A stretch of DNA of 61,595 nt from a bacterium (GTDB taxonomy: Bacteria > UBP14 > UBA6098 > JAFGQG01). The DNA lies in contig JAFGGQ010000148.1 in the NCBI GenBank assembly GCA_016930435.1, positions 1 to 61,595 of the forward strand, written 5' to 3'. Of this stretch, positions 46,401-58,400 are shown piece after piece (the first letter of the stretch is position 1; each line of letters opens with the position of its first letter). The position numbers were made by a program, and so were the translations under genes. The notes beneath the pieces were generated by a model, which searched no databases, was not told the origin of the DNA, and saw only the letters and a program-made list of their open reading frames with translations.

Positions 46401-49400
46401 ATCCGAGGGGGGATATGCACAGGCGGTTTTGATCAGTCCTACAACTGCGGGGATTGATACCGTGATTGTAACCGTCAGTGTGGATACAGTCTCCGTAGTT
46501 GATACTATTCTGGTTGAATATATCCCGGGCGCCCCGGGCCGATTGGTAGTTTCCGCAGACCCGGATACCATATTTGCCGATAACACGGCTACCTCCACGA
46601 TCACCATTCAGGTCTTCGATGAATTCGATAACAGGGTAGGAAGGGATATAGCTGTAAACGTCAATACTACCCTGGGTACCGTTTATCCGGGAGTCGCCTA
46701 TACCACCACCGGCGGAGTGGCGACGGCTACCTTGCGCAGTGGTTACGAGCCCGGAGTGGCTACGGTAGAAGCGAGCATCGGTGGGATCCGTCAACAGACC
46801 CAGGTCTTTTTTATTGAATCCGCGCCGGCTATAATCATCCTGACTACGGATCAGAATTATGTCCAGATCGGGAATACACTGGGCTTAAATGCTTTGGCAC
46901 TGGATGCCACCGGCCACATCGTTTCTGATGGTATGCCTATTAACTTCTCCTCTGTACTGGGCTTTACTGAACCGCCGATTGCATTTACCTTTTCCGGTGT
47001 TGCCACTTCCATTTTGCATCCCCAGACAGATGCAGGCTGGGACACGGTTATTGCATATTCCGGTGATGTTGCGGATACTGCGCTGGTTCAGATCAAAGCG
47101 GGGCTTTGCCAGTATATTGAATTATCGGCGAATCCGGATACCATCGCGGCGGATGGCCGCAGCCGGTCCACTATTACCGCCCGATGCCGTGATGAATACG
47201 GTAATATTGTGGGAGTTGGCCGTATGGTGTCATTCAGCACATCACTGGGAACCATTACCTCTACCGTCTCCACCGATTCACTGGGTATAGCTCAAGCGCT
47301 ATTGACCAGCGCTCCGGATATCGGAACCGCCCAGGTAAGAGCAATCTGTGAAAGCGGCTCCCAGATAGTCGAGGTGGAATTCGTAGCCACTGAAGCCGCA
47401 TTTATCTCGGTATCCGCAAATCCCTCCAAGATCGTAGCGGACGAAGATTCATTCTCAACAATCAGAGCACTGGTGCTAAACGACCGGGCAGAACCCGTAG
47501 CGGATGGCACCATAGTTATTTTCCACAGTTACCATGCTACAACCGGATTGCCCTTCGGTAGTATCGATTCCCTCACTTCGACCACGGGCGGGATAGCAAC
47601 TTCCCTGCTGTACGCTGAAAATATTACCGGTGACGCAGTAGTAGTGGCTTCGGTTATGGGGCTGTCCGACTCGGTAATCGTGGAATTTATACCCGGACCG
47701 GCCGCCCGGATTGACATCGAAGCGGTGCCGGATACAATTCCTGCGGATGGGGTAACCCTGGCCGAAATATCTGCCACACTATTCGACATCCATAATAATC
47801 GCTTGCCAGAAGGCAAGGCTGTTAATTTCCAGACTACATTGGGCGCGGTCAACCGCAGTTTCTCCCGTACCGATAGCACTGGCACCGCCCGTGTGAACCT
47901 GCGCAGCTCAACGGTCAGCGGTGAAGCCATCGTAACCGCATCATCGGGCGGGGTCGAGAATGATGTGGTGGTTTTCTTCAGCCCTCTCGAAGTTGTAACA
48001 CTCTTTCTGACTGCGGACTCCCTCTCGTTGGTCGCCGATGGCAGGGCATCAACCGTTATCAGGGCTTTGGCTTTGGATTCCTGGAGTAATCCCGTGTCCG
48101 ACAATACCCCCATCATCTTCTCTACATCCCTGGGAAATATCGTTCCGGGAGTTGCTTATACCGAAGATGGTTATGCTTTCACCACCCTGATCAGCGGCGA
48201 TAGTCCCGGTACTGCAATGGTTATCGGAAATGCCGGCGGCGGAGTGATGGATACCGTCTATGTCAATTTCGTAACCGGCCCTCCGGCTACTATCGATCTG
48301 ATTGCCGTCCCCAACGTTCTTCCTGCTGATGGAGACACTACTGCCCTGGTCTATGCCGCCGTTATGGATGCCAGCGGCAACCCAGTCCGGCCCGGATTTA
48401 TTATCAATTTCTCTACTACCCTGGGCAGTATCGATACCTTCGCTATAACCGATACACTGGGTGAAGCCGCTGTTACTTTTTACGCCGGGATAACCCCCGG
48501 TAACGCTCTGGTCATAGCCACCGCCGGTGAAGCAGTAGGTCAAACCCAAATTACATTGACAAATACAGAAGCCGGCGAGATCATCATGACCATCGATCCC
48601 GGTGAGATCGTTGCCGATGCACACAGCACCGGGACTATAACTGGCCAGGTATTGAACACCGTTGGTTTTCCCGTTACCGATGGCACGCCGGTAATCTTCT
48701 CGGTGGTTCCGGACAGCCTGGGCAGGGTATCCCCCCGGACTGCTTATACCCTGGGCGGCCAGTTCACAGCTACATTTACCAGCCGAACATATACCGGGTC
48801 TGCTTATATTTTCGCGAACGTGGGTTCTGCACTGGACTCGGTGCTGGTTGACCTCATCCCCGGCCCCGCCGACTATATCATTCTGGAAGCTGATACCTAC
48901 GAGATCCCGGCGGACAGCTCCAGTTTTGCTTCTATTACAGGGACGGTATATGACCGCTATGGCAATACTGTCCGGTCCGGAGTGCCCGTCTCATTTTCCA
49001 CTAATTTAGGGGAGCTTGTCCCTGCTTCCGAAGAGACCGACAGCAGGGGCCAGATATCCTTCATACTGCGCAGCGGTTATGAGCCCGGAGTTGCCAGGGT
49101 GCGCGCTCAATACGGGAGCGCAAGGGGTGAAATCGAAATCGTTATTACCAGTACTACCGCCCGGAGCATTACCCTTACCGCTACTCCTAACCAGATAACC
49201 GCTGATGGCTTTTCCACATCCACACTGGAAGCATTGGTACTGGACAGCCTGGGCAATTTTGTAAGTGATGGAACCCCGGTGCGCTTCTCTTCATTACCGG
49301 GAACAGCTTTCGTCCGGATAGACAGCCTCACTTTCGATACAACTTATATCCTGGATACCCTGGGCGCGGTGATCCCTACTATCAGCTATACCGAACTGGG

Positions 49401-52400
49401 TGTGGCAACGGCAATTTTCAGAGCCGGAACGATACCCGGAAATGCCCGGGTTCAGGCCTCTATCGATTCTATATATGACCGGGCAACCATTCGATTGAAA
49501 CCGGGACCCGTAGCTGCCATTATAGTTACCGCGGAACCGGAAACTATTGCAGCTAATGGCTTGGAGACATCTGTTATTACTGCCTGGCTTTACGATGAAT
49601 TTGACAATCCGGTATCCTCCGGTATCGGTGTAACCTTCGTAACCAGCATGGGCAATATTAATCCTACCTCCACCCTGACCAACAGCCTGGGAAGAGCTTA
49701 CACTATCCTCACCAGCACCGATGAACCCGGGATCGCCTTTGTTACGGTTTCTTCAGGAGGATTCTCGGAAATCGTAGAAGTTGTTTTCAAGGCTCCAATC
49801 GTTAATGATATCATTCTTACTGCCTACCCGAACAGGATTCAAATTGGGGAGGATGAAGTCATTCAACTAAGTGCGCTGGTGGTGGATTTTGCTGGAAGGC
49901 CTATATATGACGGAGTGCTGGTGAACTTCTCTTCGGCGATCGGGAATCTCACCCCGCCAACAGCTACCACCTCCGGCGGAGTAGCCCAAACAGATCTGCT
50001 GGCAGGGATTCGGGCGGGAACAGATACTGTTATCGCTACCGCGGATGGGATTTCGGATACTATTACTGTGCGTTTCCTTGCCGGGCTTACCTCCTATCTT
50101 ATCCTGACACCCGAGGACAGCATAATTGCCGCTAACGGGCGCGCCAGGACTAACATCATAGCCGAACTGCGTGATGAATATAATAATCTCGTGGGAGTAG
50201 GAAGGAGCGTTGCTTTTAGTACCGATCTGGGCACGATAACCACACCGGCTTACACCGATTCGATGGGGATCGCAATCGCGGTTCTCACCAGCGCCGAGGA
50301 GATCGGGGTTGCCAGTATAGAAGCTTCCTGTGAATTGGCTATCGGCCGAACTACTGTGGAGTTTGTGGATATCGATGTGGCTTATCTATTAGTACGGGCA
50401 ACTCCAAGGGATATTGTGGGCAATGGGATAGCTACCTCTACCATTTCCGCGAAAGCCCTGAATAGCCTTGGCAACCCGGTAGCTGACGGGACGGTTATCT
50501 ATTTTGAGAGTTTTGATTCAACCGGCGCTTCCTTCGGGGAAATAGAGGTCATGGGGATAACATCTGGCGGTACGGGTACTGCGACCGTAGAGTTAGTTAG
50601 CGCTGAAAGCCTGGGGCGCTGTTTTGTCCGCGCCTACCTGATGGGATTTGCCGACACTACTTATGTCGATTTTATTGCGGGGCCAGTAGCAACTATCGAT
50701 GTCTATGCCGACCCTGCTTCTATCTTTGCCAACGGTTACCGCACATCCCAGATCACCGCCTTTTTATACGACGATTATGGCAACCCGATCCCAGATGGCC
50801 AGGAGGTAACATTTGAAACCGACCTGGGTTCTATCTATCCGGGTCTCAGTTATACGGTAGCCGGTTCGGTACAAGCAACCCTGGTCAGCGCCGACAGCGC
50901 AGGGATAGCCCATGTTCTGGTTCGGTCCGGTGATGTCGTAGGATTCACCAGTGTGGTTTTCGTGTTCGTACCGGTTGGGAATCTGTTTATCTATAGCGAT
51001 TCTGTCAGTCTGGTCGCCAATGGATTCTCTACTACACAGATTTATGCTCTGGTTACCGATGATTCAGGAAGGGCGATCACTAATGGAACCCCAATTTACT
51101 TCGATTCGAATATTGGGCTGGTCATCCCGGGGGTGAGTTACACCAATGACGGCCAGGCTATTTCAGTCCTGCGGAGCACTACTCATTCTGGCGATACATG
51201 CTGGGTAAGGGTGGATGCAGGGGTCCTTTTGGATTCCATCGATATTCCTTTTGTGGCGGGTCCACCGGCAAAGGTGAATTTGACCGCGATCCCTACTTCT
51301 ATTCCAGCTAATGGTGATACTTTCTCTGAAATCGAGGCATTTATTACGGACATTAACGATAATCCTATCGGGGGAGGCTACATCGTTCGTTTCAGTAGCA
51401 GTTTAGGCAGCATCGATACAATGGGTATCACCGATGATTCTTCCCGGGCTTATGTGATCTTGAGAGCTGGCATAACACCGGGTACCGCTTTGGTATTAGC
51501 CTCTATCGAGGGCGCTTTGGGTCAGGTCCGGGTGAACTTTACCGATTCCACTACGGTTGAACAACTTCTGCTCTTTGCCGACCCACGGGAGATCGTCGCT
51601 GATGGCCGCAGTACCTCCTTGATCTCCGGTTTCGTTTATAATGATCTGGGCAATCCAATAGCGGATGGTTCACCAATTGAACTCTGGGTATCCCAGGATT
51701 CCATGGCTACTATTTCCCCGCGCACTGTTTATACTGATAGCGGGGCGTTCTCCGCTACACTTATGGCCGGGATACATGCCGGTAATGTGGCCGTAATAGC
51801 CCTTGCCGCCCCAGTCCAGGAAACAACTTATGTGGGACTTCAACCCGGTGAACCGGACAGTATTGAAGTATGGGCTACCGATAATGACACCATTATCCCC
51901 GCCGATTCATTTACTGCAGTCCAGATCAATGCCAGAATATATGACCGCTATGGCAATCCATTACGGTCGGGAGTAGATGTAAATTTTGAGACATTAATTG
52001 GAATTATGGACCCAATTTCAACCCGAACAAATAGCAATGGCATTGCCTACAGCTATCTGATGAGTGGTTTCCAGCCTGGCCGCACCACGGTCAGGGTGAC
52101 CTCCGGCGACGGTGTCGGGGAAATTGACATACTGTTCACCAATACCGAAGTCTTTACGGTGTCCCTGACCGCTGACCCAATGATCCTCGCCGCTGACGGA
52201 TTCTCCACTTCCTCTATCACAGCCTATGTTATGGATAGCCTGGGCAATGCGGTTAGCAACCGGACCCCTGTGTTCTTTACCGATACCCCTGATTCTTTGG
52301 GGAACCTCATCCCCAACATAGGCTTCACCGAGGGCGGGGAAGTAAATATTATATACCGGGTAGGGACGGACCGCGGAGATGTGGTTGTTAGAGCTTATAC

Positions 52401-55400
52401 TTTTGGTTCAAGCGTATTGGATACTATCGACGATAATATAACGCTGAGTATTGACCCGGGATCGGTGAATGAGATATTGCTCAGTGCGACGGACTCCACG
52501 ATAGATGCGAATGGTTACGCCACCACGGAGATTATTGCTGTCCTTCTGGATGAGTATGGAAATGGGGTTTTATCGGGCATTCCGGTAAATTTCTCCACCA
52601 GTATGGGGTCTATCGATCCCAATATCGTTTACACAAATAATAATGGCGAGGCGACCTCTATTTTGACCAGCGGGAATGTTCCCGGCCGGGCTCGGGTGAC
52701 CGTAAATTCTGGTTCTATTTACAGCCAGATAGAGATCACTTTCGATACCACGGATGTAGGTAATATTACGATAACGGCGAATCCCAGGACGCTCACTGCC
52801 GACGGGGTTTCCAATGCCGTGATCACGGTCAATGTTTATGACAGTTATGGCGCACCGGTGTCAGACCGCACGAGGGTGGACCTCAGGGTAAACCCGCCCG
52901 ACCGGGGTACCGTGATCAGTCCAAAGATGACCACAGACGGTACAGCCATTTCAGAGTATAATGCGGGGATCATTACCGGAGAGATTTGGGTGGTTGCTCA
53001 GGTAGAAACACTGCTCGACAGCGTGAGGATCCAGCAGAATCCAGGCAATCCGAATTCCATTACCCTGATACCGGACTCCGCTTCTATCCCTGCTGATGGA
53101 ATGGCTTCCACCTGGATCCATGCTACAATATTAGATGAATTTGGCAATCCGGTTCGCCCGGGAACCAGGGTTCTCTTTGAAACCGATCGGGGATCGATAA
53201 CTTCCTCCGCTATGACCGATACGTCCGGTAATGCCCAGGCCCTCCTGCAGGCAGGCATAGTACCCGGCAGAGCCATCGTGATAGGCACCTGTGGGGACGC
53301 AGTAGGATTCACCCAGGTGCTTTTCGATACCACGGTCGTTCAAAACATAATCCTAACCGCGGATACTAATTACCTGGTAACCGATGGTGTAAGTAGCATT
53401 AACCTTACGGCATACGTGATGACCTTGCGGGGCACTCCGGTATCGGATGGTACCGAGGTTAGTTTTTTTGTGGAGGGGGGTTATGGCGACCTGATGCCAA
53501 ATATTGCCTATACCGACAGCGGGTACGCTGAAGTCAAGTTGCGTTCAGACACTTCAGCGGTAGGTGGAAGGGAGGTCTATGCAGTTGCGGGTTCAGATAC
53601 CGCGACGATTACTGTCTATTTTGTTCCCGGTCCGCCCCTGGAAATCAAAGTAGTGATACTGGCTTTCCGGGATACGGTCATTATCGATGAGCTACCTGCT
53701 GACGGCGCGTCAAATGCCACGGTACAATGTACGGTCTGGGATCGCTTCGGAAATATAGTTACCCCTGGTACCCCGGTTACTTTCCAAACAGAGTTAGGTT
53801 CTATAACTCCAATTGATGTAACCGATATAACCGGCTCAGCGCAAGCGTTGTTAACCAGCGGAACTGAAACCGGATTATCACTGATAACGTTACGCAGTCA
53901 AAATGCGGTAGCCTATACCCAGATAGAATACACTGAACTGGTCGCCCATGAAATCATCTTGACCATTAATCCTCCTACTTTGCCGGCGGACGGGATCAGC
54001 TCAGCTCAAGTTATCGCCACTGTTTTTGATTCCTTGGGCATTCCGGTATCTGATGGTACCCCTATTAACTTCATACAGGATACCTCTTCGACATTTGTTA
54101 CAGGCCGGATCATCCCGGGTAGGGTACGCACCGAAGCGGGTCAGGCCCTGACTGAAATCTATTCGCCAATCGTGACCGGCACGGCCAGGGTAATAGCCAG
54201 CGCATCCGGTACCGTCGCCGATACATTCGATATGCGTTTTATCCCAGGCGATCCTGCGATTATAGTCCATGATACCACATTGGGAACCATTTTTTATGCC
54301 GATGGAGGTTCCTATGACATACGGGTCTTTGTCTATGATGCCTATTCGAATCCGGTACAACTGGGAACAGAGGTGCATTTTTCGGCTACCCGGGGAGATT
54401 TTATCGATGAGGATGTGATAGTATATACGGATTCCGGTGGAGCGATGGCTTCTATTGCCAGCAGTGAAGCCGGGATATCGGTGATCACGGTAACTTCGGG
54501 AATGGCCTCTACGGTTTTTTCAATTGATTTTATGCCTATTCAGGCCTACGTGCTATACTCAGTAGCAACTCCTTTCTCGCTCCCTGCGGATGGAATTTCC
54601 ATGTCAACTATCACTGCTACTGTTCTTGATTCCAATTATCGGCCCGTTTCGGATGGACTGCCTGTGTTCTTCAATATTTTCGGACCTGGTATATTATCGC
54701 CCCGGACAGTACTTACCGAAAATGGACTTGTTCAAAGTTATCTCACCTCCACAACTATTGCCGGAAGCACCTTAGTAGTCGTAAGTATTTCTGATAGCCT
54801 GGCGGATACCCTGACCATCACCTTCATGCCGGGGGAAGCTGCAAATCTGGAATTTGTGACTCCTATAAGGGATTTGTATGCCACCGGTATCGATACACAG
54901 ACCGTATGGGTTCATGTACGGGATGAATACGGTAATGATGTCAGGCCGGGTACACGGGTTGATTTCTCCATTTATCCGGAGGACCTGGCAACAGTGCTGC
55001 GTTATAACGCTACCAATGATTCTGGACATGCCCGTACCCTTATGACCAGCGGTACAAGGGAGGGAAGTGGCATATTATCCGCCGAATCGGGTGAGGCGAT
55101 AGGTTATGCGCTGGTCCGGTTTTTAACCTTCCCGGCAGGCTCTATAATCGTTATCACGGACTCAGTACGGTTGGTTGCTAATGGCAGAAGCAGTACCGAT
55201 ATAACCGCTACTGTGTTCGATGATACACTTGGTTTGCCTATTTCTGATGGCGCTATAGTGCGTTTTTCCGCAACCCGGGGAGCTATTAACCCGGTAATCG
55301 ATTATACAGAGGGAGGCGTTGCACGTTCCACCCTTACAAGTAATATCAGCCCCTTCGATACAGTATGGGTTTTCGCCAATATCGGCGCAGTTGAGGGATC

Positions 55401-58400
55401 TACTTCTGTGTCGTTTATTCCGGGTCCACCTCATTTCATAGAGATCTGGGCACGGGATAGCTCAATCCTGGCAAACGGAGTAGATACTACTACGATAACT
55501 GTGAGGGTCCTTGATGAATTTGGGAATCGGGTTGGACCCGGTGAGCGGATTAATTTTTCTGCGACGCTTGGAACTGTATCCCCTTCTTACGTTTATACCG
55601 ATACAAGTAGTGAGGCTTCAATAGTATTGATCAGCAGTCGGGATGCCGGATGGTCGGCTGTTAATGCTATTTCCACGGATGGCGACGGTAATGCGGCTAT
55701 CATTATACAATTTATGAGTACCGAGGTCGGGCATGTGGATCTCTCGGTTTCACCTACGCGTCTGACAGCGGATGGGTCAAGCTCAGCTATTGTCCGGGTA
55801 ACGGTTCTTGATATTGAAGATGCGCCTGTTGCCAATGGAACCCCCGTGCAGTTCAGCGGTTTGAACCTGGGCATAGTTGATCCCGTTTACACCACCACAA
55901 TGGATGGAGTAGCTACGGCTACCCTCTATGCCTTCACCGAAGTGGGCAAGGACAGTATTATCGCTTGCAGCGGGGGCATTTGCGATACTCAGCGGGTAGT
56001 TTTCGAATCTGGTGATCCGGCAGTAATCTGGCTGAGGGCGGCAAGGTCTCAGATCATCGCCAATCTTGTGGACCGGGATACCATATATGTTGTCGTTGAG
56101 GATGATTTTAATAACAGGGTGGGTCCAGGCCATATCGTAAATTTCGACCTTCTCCCGGATGACATCGGGGATATTACTCCTACTGCAGTAACTGATACCG
56201 CTGGTTCCTGTTTTGTGATGCTTCAAGCCGGGAGGAAACCGGGACTTGCTACCGTTTTAGCCTCATCAGGGTCTGCAACGGGGGTCGTTCAGGTTGAACT
56301 TCTGGCTACTATGGTGGGATCGGTTTCCCTTAATGTCCCCGATCGCTACCTGCCTGCTGACGGGGTTAGTAGTACTAACCTCATTGCCCTGGTGCTTGAT
56401 ACACTGGGCAATCCTATTACAGATGGCACCGGAGTTTATTTTATGGCTTACGGGAATCCGGCTATCCTTTACCCAACCTGGGCTTCAACTGACACCGGTT
56501 TCGCGGATGTGATTATGATGAGTTCGCACGTGGGTACTACTTTTGTTTATGCCCGTGTGGATACCGGGGGAGGATCAGGGATATTCAGTGATACGGTAGA
56601 GGTCTATTTTCACGCCGGGGATCCTGTTTCCATTACCTTTGATACTGCTGGAATAAGAATAAGCTCGGTTACGCTAATGGGCAATGGCGTTGACAGTATT
56701 GGGGTTACGGCTACGGTGAAGGATGCCTTCAGTAATCCCGCCCCGGGTGTTTACGTAACCTTTTCCCTTAGCCTTGGCCTGGTCGCGCCGATGGAGGGGA
56801 TCACCGACAGCGCAGGTCAGATCGATTTTAATATCTCTGCGCCCCGGCAGGTGGGGGTTACACAGATGAAAGCCCAGTGCGGCTCCGCTGTAGCATATCT
56901 TAGAGTAAGATTCCAGGCCCCACCGATTATGGATATCTCACTTACCGCATCTCCATCAGGATTGCCAGCGAATGGTATTGCAACTTCCCAGATTCGGGCA
57001 TTTGTCAGGGATTCTTCCGGCTACCCTATTTCCGATGGTTTAATGGTCTTCTTTACGGCGCAGTTGGGAGCAATAACCCCATTTGGTTACACCAGTTCCG
57101 GTTACGCGGATGCTATATTGATCAGTGCTGATTCAGCGGGTATTGATACTATTTCCGCAATTTGTATGGGGGAAAGCGCACTGGTAGTCGTTCGTTATGA
57201 GGCTGGTTCCCCCTCCCGTATCGAATTGTACACCTCCGCTGATACGGTTACGGTTGGCGCCAGTGAGATAGTTGCCTTTAGCGGCCAGGTACTGGATGAA
57301 GGGGATAATCCGGTAGTCGAGGGGACAATTGTCAGCCTAAGCATAAATGACCCCGACTTTGGCAGCCTTGCCGATTGGGTCGTTACTACCGACGATTCCG
57401 GCTGGTTCAGTACCGAATTCACACCCGGTCTGAAAGCCGGTTTAGCCTGGTTGAAAGCCAGTTCTTCAGGTATCCGGGACAGCATCAATATAATTTTATT
57501 TGCCCGTAGCCCAAATACTATGGAAATTGAGGTGTCCGATACTTTCATATATGTTATTGAATCAGGAGAGGTTGACCAGTCCGTTTTAATGGTCAGGGTT
57601 TACGATATTTACAATAATTACGTGGCGGACAGCACCAAGGTATGGTTTGAATTGGTGAATTATCCGGGGACCACTCCGACTCAAAGGCCTTCTTTCCAAC
57701 CCTCTAATCCTTTAAATCCGTTGGAATCGGACACTGTTTACATCCTGAATGGACGTGCTTCCGCTACTCTGAGAGCAGGTACCCACTCGGGTACAGTTAG
57801 GATCGATGCCCATACTTCAAGCATTTCCACTCGGGCTCCACGTATTGTGATCAGCAGCGGACTACCCTATACAATCTCTCTATCCCGGGCTGAATGCAAT
57901 GTTCGGGGTTGGGATATCGATGGGGTTCCAAACCAGATCACTGCGATAGTATCGGATACCTTTGCAAACCCTGTTGCGCCGGGTACCGCAGTATGGTTCA
58001 CCACTACCGAAGGAGTAGTGGTTGGGAATGCTACCACTGACGATTCCGGCTTTGCTTTTACCACCTGGTACAGCTCGGAACCCCGGGATAGTGGTTGGGC
58101 ATGTGTCATTGGCGAGAGCCGCGGTGCGGGTGGCCATGTAGCCATCGATACGACTTGTTTCTTCAACTCCGGACCAATATATAATTTGTCTGTCGTTGTA
58201 ACCCCTTCAAATGTCCTTGCTGATGGGATATCTGAAGCAGAAGTATATGTTGAAGTTCAGGATATTAATGGGAACCCGGTTATCGATGACTTTAGTATTA
58301 CCTTAGAGGCTGAAAAAGGCGATGTTACAAATGTAATAACTACGGTGAACGAGTGTTTTGGGAGTTATGCCGTAGGGACATATACCAGTACAACAGTGGA

